64,000 nucleotides of DNA, taken from the NCBI GenBank assembly GCA_951406725.2, contig OX597814.1, positions 54,498,001 to 54,562,000 of the forward strand, given 5' to 3'. Positions 1 to 11,770 of the stretch are shown here, in pieces. Every line of letters begins with the position of its first letter. The stretch's first letter is position 1. A model generated the notes under the pieces. The model saw nothing but the letters and a program-made list of their open reading frames with translations. It searched no databases and had not been told where the DNA came from. This DNA is from Octopus vulgaris (taxonomy: Eukaryota). Position numbers and translations under genes: made by a program.

Positions 1-69
1 AAAAAAAAAATACTTAGGTGGACGTAAAGAATGTGGGCCGCGCCTTTTTTTTTTTTTTACAGAACCCAT

Positions 70-696
70 TCTCGAGGAGATTCTGATTCTGCAAAAAAAC
101 AAAAAAAAAAATTTAATCCCACCCCCAATTCTTCAATTTTTTATAAATTCTTTTTTGCGAAATACGTAGAAAAATACGAAGGAGATTACTCCGTATTTTA
201 CAAATTTCCGAAATATGTGAAAATTAAAGAATTTGGGGAGAGGGGGGAAATTAAAATTTTAAAATGCCGTGTTTTTGCAGAATCAGAATCTCCGCCAAAC
301 AGTTATAGGAGATTGTTTTAACCAGACATTATTTTTAAAAGGAAGAGTATGTTGTAAATAAAATATACTCAAATGTGTTTCTACAACGACGTAAAAAGGT
401 GGGGGTGGGGGTTAAAACAATGTTATAAGCTAACTATGAAATTTGAACTCAGAATAGCTATGTATTACAATTTCGACCAAATTTCACATCCATCTGCGAA
501 TATCATAATGGCAGTGGGAAATTAGACGTAGACCAAAATGCTTTTCACGAAGATATCGTGTCACCGAATTAGTTTTGAGAGTCATTAACTAGGCTCACAA
601 TTTTACTCATTGTCACACGGCTTTCATTACAAGTACTATTTTGATAGATTCAAATAATCATAAGAACATTCTCCTAGCACTCACTGATTTTGGGTA

Positions 697-730
<34 letters not shown>

Positions 731-1700
731 GTGAATTATTACTTTTTTTTTTATAAGAATACGTACGAAGTATAAGTTTTATTTCTGTGACTATCTTGTG
801 TATACTTTCGGTTAGTTGAATCTCCAGAAATTTGATCTTTTTAAAAGGAAATTCTTAACTGAAAACCAGCATGTTTTAATGAATTATTTTTTTCTACAAG
901 GAATAAAAATTAGTTAATTTTATAAATGAATGATACAAACTTATTGGGTGACAATATGGAGAAATTATTTTAGAACACTGGTGGAGGGAGGGAGGCTGGT
1001 TCGTAGTTCTCTATTAAATGTTCAACTTCCTTAAACTTTAAAATGGAATACAATTTTTGAGGTGCTAATGCAGTTTCGTACCGCTCCTTGAAAAATGTAT
1101 TGTTTTGAAAATATTTTTTTCGAATTCCTACGTTTTAGATGTCGGAGATTACGCATATGAGAAAAAAAAAAAAATTTAGATTTCATCTCCACCCCGAATT
1201 TGAAATTTTGATTTTTAATTTGAAGAGATTATAGCGAATTGACGAACATATGCAAATCGAAATTAAATATAGACAAAAACATTAAAGTGAAAAGGGTTTG
1301 CTTTTTCACTGATTTGCCTTAATCTTTTTCAGCCATTTATTTATTTGTCCGTCTATTTATACATATCCGTTTATATCTCTTTATACACATAACTATATAC
1401 TTATTGAATTTAAAATTTTGAAAACGTGGTTTCTTGCATATTCAGAATCTGTCATCGAAAACACAGGAACCCGCTGAAAAAGGAAAAAAAGTCGGAAAGG
1501 TTTGTGTGTGTGTGTGGGGGGGGGGGGGAACTATGCGTGCGGTCCACCGGAGAGGTGAGGTGAAAGTTGAAAAATTTAAAATTTGGGAGGTTGAGGTGGG
1601 CATTTTAAATTTGGAAAAGGTGGTTTAAAAAAAAAAAAAAACGGTAAAAGTTCAAAATTTTTCTTTTTTGTGCATATTCGTAATCTCCGACATCTAAAAA
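70..1700. repeat. Region of paired inverted repeats, probably DNA-transposon internal or subterminal sequence
   Basis: GGAGATTCTGATTCTGCAAAAA (~76-97) is inverted with TTTTTGCAGAATCAGAATCTCC (~272-293). TTTAGATGTCGGAGATTACG (~1134-1153) is inverted with CGTAATCTCCGACATCTAAA (~1679-1698). Related motifs occur at ~4735 and ~29975. Confidence 0.55.
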
Positions 1701-2200
1701 AAAAAAAACGTAAGAATCCGACAAAATATTTTTTTTTAAATGCATTTTTCAAGATGTGCAAAACTGCATTAGCCCCATTTTTTTTTTACCAATAGACAAT
1801 ACAAAACAACATAAATGGAAAAAAGAAGTCAATTTTTTTAGCGCCACCTTCGTTAACGTAACAATGGTTTTCCTACCTGTATTGCTATTTTCTCGAATAG
1901 GTCTATAAAATTTCTAAGAATAATAATGAATAAGTACTTTTATCTTAACTTGTAGTAGTTATCTTTACTGACTAAATCAGCTAAATATCATCCTCCATAT
2001 TTCTATTTATGTTACATAATTCACATTTATTTGATTACTCTTTATTAGCCTGAAGACATATTCTTTAAATGCACGTGCAACACGTGACTATTGGGGAATG
2101 GTCGATGTTTTCAGAAGGAGAATAGGAAGCAGCCGGTAAGAAAAGGAAAAGGAAGAAACCAGGTAAAACACAGAACCTAACGCTAACCCTACAGACGCCG

Positions 2201-4035
2201 GACCCTGGCGGGTTCATCTATCATTTTTCATATTTCATTACCCATATTTATGTAATTGTGATGTTTTATGTCCCCAATGTTTGTATTGTCCCCTCTGTGT
2301 AGCCCGTTATGGGTAATAAAGAAAGAAGAAACGTCACCACTTCGTTTGACGTCGGTTGTGTTTTTTTCGGCTCGTGAAAATTTGTAAAAAAGAACAAAAA
2401 GTAAGTGGGAAAATTGTTGTTGTTGTGGAATTTTGTACTTTTGTTGATGCGGTTTCGCGTTACACTGTTTCTGTTCGGGCGGCCGTTTTGGTTGGTCAGG
2501 CAGAGGGATATGGACGACCACTCCCTAGTGGAGGAGTCGGAGGAGGAATGGATATTTGAGACCTTGTCGGAGGCATCGACCTCTGAAGACGAACAAATCG
2601 GTGCTGTAAATAATGTGGAGATAAAAAACAGGAAAACGTACGCAGGAGTTGCAAAAAAGAAGACGACACAGGAAAAGGAAATAAACCTAGAAAAATTGCC
2701 AGGTTTCCAGAGGTATATGAGGAAGGACAGCGGTGAGGTGGAACTAGCACCACCACCAAAGAGAAAAGAATGGTTCGAGAAAAGGACCATCATATACAGG
2801 GTATTCGCAAGCGGAAAGAATAAGATAGAAGTGGTGAATATGGAGTGGATAGCGGAGGCGCTAAGAAGAACGGAAGAGGAGATTAATTTTCTGACGAGAG
2901 GTTCAAAATATGGTACTGTAGTAGTACAGTTCAAAAGTGAGAATGCAGCAAGGAAGATGGCGGCGAAGGCGGTGAAATCCGAGAAGGTAATACTTTTGCC
3001 TACATATTTAAATAGAAAAATTACAAGAGTATGGGTCGAGGGAATACCCCCAAACGTTGAAGCCGAGTGGATTGTGGCGGTTATAATCAGCGGCCACGAG
3101 GATGAAGTGGACATCCTCCATGCCTCGATTAAGACCGAGGGCTGGAGAGGCGTGACAGTGGAACTAAATGTGCAGGCAGAGAACGGTGTACTGGTGGACC
3201 TAGCAGAAAACATCAGATTGGGAGATGTGATCATGAGAGTGTGGGTGGAGGGCAGGGCGCCCAGGTGCTATAAGTGTGGCCTGAGGGGTCACATAAGAGC
3301 CTACTGCCCTCCCATACAAAAAGAAACAGTGATCCAGGAAGAGGAGGAGACGGAGCCGGAAAAAGTTGAAGCGGAAGAATCTGAGGAGGAGAAGGAAATC
3401 CAAACTGAGTGGGAAGACGTACGGAAAAAAAGAAAAAGAAGGAAAGTGAACTTTATTGAATCCCAATCCACCCCAACACCACCCGCACCCTCTGAGCCCC
3501 ATCCTTCCCCTGCAAACAAAGAGCCCACCCATTCCCCACCTACAAGAAAACCTAGAAACGCAGACACACAGATGATACAAGAGCCCAAGTCCCATACTTT
3601 ATGTTTTATAAAAAAGGAAGACAATGTGAACTCGACAAGAATCTTTGGTAAAGAAGCATGGTATGAGGGAGAAGATGGAAGTTACATGGCGATGAAAGGT
3701 GAAGTAATGGACGCAAGGAAGATGTTGTGTGTAAATAAGGGTGTAGAAGCAATTGAGGTGGAATTTTCGGATGAGAAGATAAAAGAGTGTGAAAGGATAT
3801 TTGAGATAGTATTAAGAAAAGAGGGGCTTTTGATTGGAGATGATAGGTGACGAAGGGTTGTGAAGGACAAGTAAGTGATGCTGGCGGATGGGGCCGTTAG
3901 CATCGCTTTCATATTATCATTTTTTCATTTAATAATTCATTCTTCATAAATTTAATTATAATGTTCTATGTCCCCAATGTCTTGTGGTGTCCCCTCTGTG
4001 TCGCTCCCTAGTGGGTAATAAAGAAAGAAGAAAAG
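2201..4035 (+). mobile_element. ORF1-only non-autonomous LINE-like element (L1/Tx1-like) preceded by a second 3' tail
   Basis: No ORF2 after the stop at 3850. The 3' tail ATGTCCCCAATGT..TGTCCCCTCTGTGT..TGGGTAATAAAGAAAGAAGAAA occurs at ~2268-2330 and ~3968-4033. CTACAGACGCCG flanks both sides (2189-2200, 4036-4047). Clade assignment is inferred. Confidence 0.7.
2510..3850 (+). CDS. Gag/ORF1p-like nucleic-acid-binding protein of a non-LTR retroelement (CCHC zinc knuckle)
   Basis: Uninterrupted 446-aa ORF from ATG 2510 (MDDHSL...). It has an RRM-like region, CYKCGLRGHIRAYC (C-X2-C-X4-H-X4-C), an acidic tract, basic RKKRKRRK and a Pro-rich linker. Purine-rich coding strand. Confidence 0.85.
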   Translation: MDDHSLVEESEEEWIFETLSEASTSEDEQIGAVNNVEIKNRKTYAGVAKKKTTQEKEINLEKLPGFQRYMRKDSGEVELAPPPKRKEWFEKRTIIYRVFASGKNKIEVVNMEWIAEALRRTEEEINFLTRGSKYGTVVVQFKSENAARKMAAKAVKSEKVILLPTYLNRKITRVWVEGIPPNVEAEWIVAVIISGHEDEVDILHASIKTEGWRGVTVELNVQAENGVLVDLAENIRLGDVIMRVWVEGRAPRCYKCGLRGHIRAYCPPIQKETVIQEEEETEPEKVEAEESEEEKEIQTEWEDVRKKRKRRKVNFIESQSTPTPPAPSEPHPSPANKEPTHSPPTRKPRNADTQMIQEPKSHTLCFIKKEDNVNSTRIFGKEAWYEGEDGSYMAMKGEVMDARKMLCVNKGVEAIEVEFSDEKIKECERIFEIVLRKEGLLIGDDR

Positions 4036-4989
4036 CTACAGACGCCGAACCTACTTGCCCCCCCCACCTCTGACACAAACAAATACATACGGACACAAGC
4101 ATTTCAACTTCCCCACCTCCCGGGGGAAAAAAAGAAAAAATACCGCATATATATATATATATATAAAATACCACCTCCCGGGAAAAAAGAAAAAGAATAA
4201 CTATGCTATAATGTATGACAATACAAACAAGAAACTATAAGAGGAGATCAGGAAGTGGAAAGGTCAGTGGATACGAATAAATTTGATAATGTACATGAGT
4301 TACATTGCTGCTTGTTATTAAATGAGGAGCGAAAAGAAGAAATCAAAAAGTTTAAAAGTGGACTTGAATATGGCAACTTGATCTGGATATCGAAAAATTA
4401 CCATGGCATTTGGATTGCGTAAATCCATTGAAGGAGTACAAGTTCGATGTCTTGGCAAAAACCAAATATAAAAAGTGAAAAAAAGGTATAAATGAAGTGA
4501 CTCAGAAAAATTTTTTTCCCTGTCTCTGTTGTATGTCCCCTCTCCGTTAGCGCCTTGTGGACAATAAAGAAATAAGGGAATTAAAAGTCAAGGGGTTGTT
4601 TCCACTGCAAAAATTTGGTGAGTTGTATTATCTGTTGGCGTTATACTGTTGTTTAAGGCAAGACTTCCTTTTGTACCTTCCCCAAAACACTCCTTTTTTT
4701 ATTTAATTTTTTTTTCTACATAGTTTTCGGCTATGGAGAATACGAATCTGCAAAAATTGGCATTTTGAAACTCCCCCCACCAATTCTTCATTTTTAAAAT
4801 TAAAGTTTTAACATTTTTGGGAACAACATACTCTCTCTTTTCTTTAAATATTGAAAGAGAGAGAAAATAAATGATAATGTATCAGTCAATGAATATGCTT
4901 TATAGGCGTGTATTATGAAAACGTGTTTCTGTTAACTGCAAATATATGTGTTATGTGTGTTATAAACAATTTTTGTGTATAATCTTCCG

Positions 4990-5861
4990 TGTTATCAGGA
5001 ACCTGGATATAATGTTGCAGCCTCCACAAACTTAGGAAGCTATTGCGTTGGTGGTCAGACAGCCTGTAAGAAAAGGATCCGAGCGACGTACTGCTTTAGG
5101 TACTTAGGCCTCATTCCAGGTCGAATAATGCTCTTCTTGAGTGTTCCCCATAAACGCTCAATATTTTGAGTGCGAACAGATAGGTTAACAGGATCAGCAA
5201 AATGCTGACTATGGTTCACTTGATGGTGCATACAGCTCAGGTTGTTGAGGTTACTATAGGCACACTAACACTTGCTATAAACTGACCTTTGCCTGATGTA
5301 ACGGGTAATGAGTGCAGTCAGTCCCGGCATCTCATCTGTTGGCCTCACCACATTCATTTAACAGTGGAACCATGAATTCCTTCTTACTTAATCGTTCCAG
5401 TCCGCCAAAAAGCCAAACCATTTTCACAATCCTGCAATGTTGATATTTCCAACAGACCAAAACCGTCTCATCAATTTCTACTTCAACTCCCGGTCCTCCG
5501 ATAACAGTCTGGTTGTTTTCTACTCAAAACAGAAAGACCACCAATCTACGGAAGTTTCACGGCAGAATCCAAGGTTTTCCTCTATTGATTTGTGCGACCA
5601 AGCTGCGCTTAGGAAGTGGTTCAGAAAAACCAACTTTCCAAGGTGGAAGATGGACGCCTTCCAGAAAGGTGTCCTTGAATGTATATATGGAGTATCCACA
5701 TTCCCTTTTCGACCGTCCACGTCGTCGCATCACCTTTCGGCAGCGACATATGTTTGTCCCTTGGTGCAAAATACACGGGGTATTACAGTTCGGACATCAT
5801 TCCCGTGGAAACAGAGTATACCTTGATATAGACTGACATCGCAAGAGTTGCAAAGAGCCAT
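4990..5861 (-). pseudogene. Decayed Merlin (IS1016/ISXO2-like) transposase
   Basis: Hand translation of the minus strand gives IGGPGVEVEIDET, VWLFGGLER and HHQVNHSQHFADPVNLSVRTQNIERLWGTLK, typical Merlin/IS1595 DDE motifs, with frameshifts and stops. Confidence 0.85.
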
Positions 5862-6114
5862 GCTGTTGTATCAAGTCTTCAAATTCAAGGGTGGAAATGA
5901 AATGTGAATAAATGTTAGTATAAATTGTGATTTTTTTTTTTTTTACTTGTAGAGTGGTATTTGTAGGGCAATATTTTGTTTTGTACTCGAAGGCGACGAC
6001 ACTCGGTAAATTTCGTAAATTCACTGCACCAGCATTTAATATCCACTTTCCTGTCATTTATGTGGAGAATTGCAAATATGGCATATAAAGATAACTTATT
6101 TTCATAGAATTTCT

Positions 6115-6245
6115 GGATCTTTTCGGTTTGAATGGCAGTTTTTTCTAGCGGTGTCATATGAAATTGTCACCCATAATTATGACCTTAGAATCGATCTATT
6201 GCATTTCAATCTCTTTTAGGGTTAGGGGTGGGGGAAGGGTATCTT
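6115..6245 (+). mobile_element. Truncated MITE end with GGATCTTTTC terminus
   Basis: Starts GGATCTTTTCGGTTTGAATGGCAG, similar to the terminus of the long-TIR element at 29493-30426, and carries TTAGGGTTAGGGG. Confidence 0.5.
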
Positions 6246-6421
6246 ATCGGTGAAAAGGTTCGAAATCAGCGATTTGGAGAAATGTTTGGTTTCTTAGGAA
6301 TGCATTCAAAGTATTACTCGTTGGAGTAATGCCATCCCAGTATTTCATATTGAAGTCTAATTTCATCCTTGTAAGATAACCGTAATTACTCAGACACAGA
6401 AGTCAAATCTTGAAATTTTAA

Positions 6422-6820
6422 TCTTTATATATATATAAAGCTGAAGTTGTGTGTGTGTGGCAGGTTTGGTTGCCTTCAACTAACACTATCTCCTCCGAGA
6501 CCCTGTGGCACAAGTTGACCAAAATTAAGAGTATGATAGAAGAAGGCTTGCTCTTCATTCTGTAGAAGAAAAAAGTTCAAATCGGACCATGTTAAGACCT
6601 AAAATTATTTACATCAAAAAGGTGTTTTTTTACTATGAAAATCCCTATTTTTTATGATTTATTGACTGCCATGTCGCCATTTTTCGGTGTATTTCAACAA
6701 GAAAAATGTTCACTTAAAGAGAATAACAAGCTACATAATGCAACTTTTACTTTTCAAAAATTCCAATTCTAAAGGGTCGAAAAGAAAATAAACCCGAGCA
6801 ACGCTGGGCTATACTGCTAG
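6422..6820 (+). mobile_element. Non-autonomous Helitron
   Basis: 5' TC after A, subterminal hairpin CCCGAGCAACGCTGGG, 3' CTAG followed by T, no TSD. Confidence 0.8.
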
Positions 6821-8179
6821 TATAAGATAAAGGGCTATTCTCGCAATTTCCACTATTATTTCTAGACAAATGAAATTGATGTTATGAGTAAATATCTTCT
6901 ATCTAGGATAAACATTGACATGGAGGGCCTCAATTTTGGAAAGTAAGAATTTTGAATGTTTCGTGAGGTATACTTACACAAGTGTGCCTTCCGAGTTTGT
7001 TTCTTCATAGGTTTCTGCAAATTAGATATGTTAGTGGTGTTAAAGGGAAGAAATGGAGTTGCTCGGATTTGTTGGGGGCACAGTTATGTAGGAAACTCTA
7101 AAATATTCTGCCATGTACACTTTAATTTCATGAGTAGATATTTAGTTAGGAACAAATTATTCATCATTGAGATGGACAGATTCCACCAGTACTTGAGCTT
7201 TGTATTGGATGAACAACAGGTTAGGTTTGAAACATTGTTTTGATAGGCCTATTTTTAAGGGAAGGTAAATGAGATAGTAAGGCATTAGCAGCAAGAACAT
7301 TTAACTGTTAAATCCACCAGTCTTAGAGGACCTGGAAGAGCCATTCATGCAACCTTTTCCAGAACAAGCCAATAAAATAAATAAATAGACTAGCTTGAGC
7401 TGGCAAGTTAAAATTGTGCCTTTGTTTTCTCTTTGCTAAGTCAAACTAAATGATTTTATTTTACAATTTAATTAATGTATGGAGTTTGTATTCCACTTGT
7501 ACTAACTTTGCCCTTAATCTTTGTAGTAATTGCTGTATAGGCCCAGGTCAGCCTTGACTGAGCAGACCTATGATTAAAGGCATTTCAGCTATGAGCATCT
7601 TATACTTTATGGGGCTCTTAAAGAACACACATACAGATAAAATATACAAAGAATATGCTTTCCCACTCAATAACTCTCTCTCCTTTCTTGTACTTGCTCT
7701 TTTTCCTACCTTTTCACCACCACTTTCACCATTGTACACTCATCCACCAATCAGTCAGTTGTCACATACACAAGTACAGCTGGTAAACCGTAATACAGCT
7801 GTGCAGTATGGACTTACACACTATAGTTGATGCAAATTTATATAGTTTTCATAACAACTTCTGCTTGAATATGTAGTTAATTTTTAATGTAAGAATACTA
7901 AATCCAGATATTTTCTGACCTTGGAAAATTTAACACCAAATTAATATTATAACCTGGTTAAGACATTAAACTACATCTGGTAGTGAGGCTCCAGTTCTGG
8001 AGTTATGGGGAATATGGAGTCACCCCATTATCATTACTTCCAGGTCTGTCTGACTCAGAACAGTAGTACCTATCAGAGTCCCATCTATGGGTTAAATACA
8101 CTTTTGTAAGGGTAGATTGAGCTTGTAAGCTGTGCTGAAAGCAATCAATCTAGAAGGAAAACTCCAAGATCAATACCTG

Positions 8180-8410
8180 TTTCTTTACTACCCACAAGGG
8201 GCTAAACATAGAGGGGACAAATAAGGACAGACAAATGGATTAAGTCGATTATATCCATCCCAGTGCGTGACTGGTACTTATTTAATCGACCCCGAAAGGA
8301 TGAAATGTAAAGTTGACCTCGGCGGAATTTGAACTCGGAACGTAGTGGCAAATGAAATACTGCAAAGCATTTCGCCTGGCGTGCTAACGTTTCTGCCAGC
8401 TCGCTGCCTT
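8180..8410 (-). mobile_element. tRNA-derived SINE with a LINE-like TGTCCCCTCT..GTAAAGAAA tail
   Basis: Minus-strand tRNA-like head with B-box GAGTTCAAATTCC and core CATCCTTTCGGGGTCGAT. Flanks ATCAATACCT/ATCAATCCCT are TSD-like. Related copies with a different tail lie at ~43620-43835, ~49390-49600 and ~58045-58270. Confidence 0.8.
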
Positions 8411-8479
8411 AAATCAATCCCTTCTTCCAACATGCCCTAAGCCAGCACAGAAAAGTATAGCAGATGAAACTAATGTGAT

Positions 8480-9460
8480 GTACAATAACATAGGTTCATA
8501 CTATAGCAACAACTGTCTCCTGTTAGTGTGCATTCTGCCACAGGCAGAAATAGCAGGAAATGAAATGTTACTTGATGATTTTCAATTGCTACTGTTAGTA
8601 GAATTATAGCGCAAATCAAAAGCCAAAGAAAAGCATCAACAGATTCTCGTCCTGGCTGACATGGGCCCTCTGAAAGGAAGCTTTGCTGTTTGAAGAGAAT
8701 TGTGGAAAACAAACCCCGTTTGATGGCTTCTGACATTGCAAAGCAGCTTGAAATTAGTCCAAGAATGTGTTACATATCTGCAAAAGCTTGGGTATTATAG
8801 ATGAGCAGCTAGAAGAAAACCTCCCCTTCAACCAATTAATATCATGAAAAGAAAGAAATGGGCTAAGGAGTTGTCAGAAAAATTCCGTTCATTTTGGGAT
8901 AGAGTGATTTTCTCTGATAAATCCAGATTTGCATTATTTTCAGACAGTGGACGTGTTTGGGTCTTGAGGCTTACCAATCAAGAATTTGACTTGATCAAAT
9001 GTGTTGGAACTCTGAAAAATACATCGAAATACTTAAGCAAGGGCTACTTCCAATGTATTCACATGATAACATAACAAAAAATTAGGTTTTATTCATGGAA
9101 GATGGGGCTCCATGCCACACAGCGAAAAGGAATCAACAATGGCTGACTGAAAATGGGATAAAAAAAGCTTCCTTCGCTGAGCCAATCTCCTGACATGAAC
9201 CCAATTGAAAATCTTTGGAGCATATTAGATAAAGCTATATGAAAAACTCTACAGAAACCTAAATCTAAAGATGAATTGTTTCGATTGTTGCACAATAGAC
9301 AATCACAAAGCTCATCAGTTCAATGCCAAAAAGAGTTTCTGAATTAAAAACTGCAAAGAGAATGTCAACGAAGTACTAAAGTATGTAGTCCTACCTATCG
9401 ATTACATTTCAATTGTTCGCTTTGCGTATTAAATAAAAAATTTTAAAGATTGAAGGTGTC
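8480..9460 (+). mobile_element. Decayed Tc1-type transposon
   Basis: Fragments FWDRVIFSDKSRF..GRVWV, FMEDGAPCHTAK and QSPDMNPIENLWSIL, with stops, frameshifts and an internal deletion. Confidence 0.85.
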
Positions 9461-10379
9461 TATTTCCTGCATGTGTGTGAGTGAGATGGACTTCTTTCAG
9501 TTTCTGTCTACCATATCCACTCACAAGGCTTTGGTTGGCTTGAAGCTATAGTAGAAGACTCTTGCCCAAGGTGCCACACATGACTGAACCCAGAACCATG
9601 TGACCCAGGCATGTCTGCACCTATGGTTGCAAATCAATAAATCAAAACCCAAGAAATGTAAATTCATCTTCAAATGCAACATCATTAGAAGATGAGCAAA
9701 GTAAAACTAAGACAATATGAAGACCCTTTTATTGCTTACAATTCTAATTGGACAGATGATATGATGGAATCTTTAGATGATCTACTGAATGTAGAAAGGT
9801 TTTAAATCTAATTAAATTAAAGCAGTATTTAGGGAATTTTTTAAATTCCAAGTGAAAAAATATTTTAAAGGTAAGTACATCTATCCTCATTTGTCATGGG
9901 TGTTTGGTTCCAAAAGAAAAAATACTGTTTCATGAATCTGTGATTAATAAATAATAGAACATGGCAAAAATAGGTTTCATTCTGAGACCCCAAGTTGTCT
10001 TTAGCATTGTGGATGGTCACCAGAACATGCTTTTGCAGTTCAAGAATTTTTGACTACTTGCATGCCTATGTTGTCATAGATCAATTCTTGAGAAGCATAA
10101 CCTGCTACACAATTGAGTGTTTATTATCCTGGATTAGTGATAAGTGAGGATATACCATCATTATCATCATCCTTTAACATCTGTTTTCCATGCTGACTTG
10201 GGTTGGATGGTTTGACTAGAGCTGTCACAAGGTTCCAGTTTGATTTGGTTTGGTTTCTGCTGCTGGATGTCCCTCCTAATGCCAACCACTTTACAGTGGT
10301 GTATATATGATACTGAAAGAAAAGCTACATTTTGATCATTATATATAAAAAGAAAATGCTTTACTAGCTTCATATTTCA

Positions 10380-11000
10380 TTAGTTATTGACAAGCAAAAT
10401 CTGGAAAAGCATTTGCAATTTCAGAAACCTAAAAACAAACAAAAAACCTGTGCTAAAAGAGTTGATGAAATGCATAGTGAATATCTTCAAATATATTGGT
10501 AACAAATGACTTTCTAATGACAAATTTCAAGGCATATTTATGAAGTGTCACATTTTTGCGAAACTGAGCTAAGACAGGTTAAAACCAGTTCAATATTCTT
10601 CAAATGGATGAATCAAAGGACATTGCTAGTTTAGCAATTTACCTTATGCTTGTATGTTATAGTTATTAAAGTAATATTGAAGAAGATTTGGTAACCTGGT
10701 AGCTTTTGCAGAGTCATGCTACAGGGGGTAAAAAATGAAATTTTGTGGAGAATGTGTTCATGTGTTTGCACTGATGTAGAGGGATTTATGATGAGGAAAA
10801 TTTCTGGTTCTGTTGCAAAAATAGAAAAGAATCTGAATATTAAAAGTGTCTGCTGTTGTCTTCATTGCAAAGTTTTGGCAGTGAGGCTGTAAAATTGATT
10901 CAGTTTTATTAAATCAAGATCACTAGTTGCAACAACCTTCACTTTATTCTATGAAAATGTTGGAAGACTAAGCAGCTTTATTACAAGATGCTAAAGATAT
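10380..11000 (+). pseudogene. hAT (Charlie/Buster, ZBED5-like) transposase remnant
   Basis: LQMDESKDIASLA..NIEEDL and a CVCTD-like fragment, heavily decayed. Confidence 0.55.
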
Positions 11001-11199
11001 TGCTTACCATGCAAAAAAAAAAAAAAAAAAAATTGGCATGGGTTTCCAAACCACAAGAAGTAATTAGGTTATTTCCAATTGAATATCCTTTTGAAGTTTT
11101 AGCCAAAACTACAATTGTTTTTTTTATTTGTTTTGACTACTATGCAAAATTTCTGAAAGCTATTTTTAACTGCTATTTCTTTTTATTATATTTCATAGA

Positions 11200-11770
11200 A
11201 TAAAAGTTTTTTCTGCAGTCCATAATACAAAGATATAAATGGTTTTATCACAATCTTAATCAACCAGTCAATATCTATGATCAGTGAAGGATCCTCTATG
11301 TGGTCACTTGAAATGTTAGAAATATAAACCAGATCTCTCGAATCATGCCCTGTCTCAACTCTTAAAGTACTACATGTAACTATAACAGTCACTGAGTTCT
11401 GGACCATACACAAGTGATTCAAATTGCAGATAAGGGCCAAAACTGTAACTAAGCACTCTTCTGTTTGAGAAACAAAGTTTAGCTTCATTTTAGAAAGATC
11501 ATTCTGTTGAAATACTTATTGTTTGTATGTGCATTTTCTTTGCATTTCTTGGGAATTTTTTTCTTTTTAACATCATAGTTAATATCTCAAGCAGTGAGGT
11601 ATTAAGATGCAAGTCCGACTTGACAATTTTTTCCAATAAAGGCTCATAATGTCATTTATTAAGATTTTAGAGTCAGAATAATCTTCTGCTGTTGCAACAT
11701 CAACATAGCAATGTCACCAGACACTTTCACATTGTGACTTTCAGAACGGTTTTTAAACTGGTGGAACTTA
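11200..11770 (-). pseudogene. Possible pogo/Tigger transposase remnant
   Basis: Minus-strand HNVKVSGDIA and LYWKKLSSRTCI resemble Tigger motifs. Very decayed. Confidence 0.4.

Noticed and set aside
2266-3234. 322-aa minus-strand ORF
   Set aside because: Antisense shadow of the purine-rich ORF1; S/F/T-rich with no recognisable domain.
2201-4035. Interpretation as an LTR retrotransposon
   Set aside because: The flanking repeats lack TG...CA ends, are diverged from each other, end in A-rich tails, and the putative TSD is 12 bp or longer, which fits non-LTR insertion.
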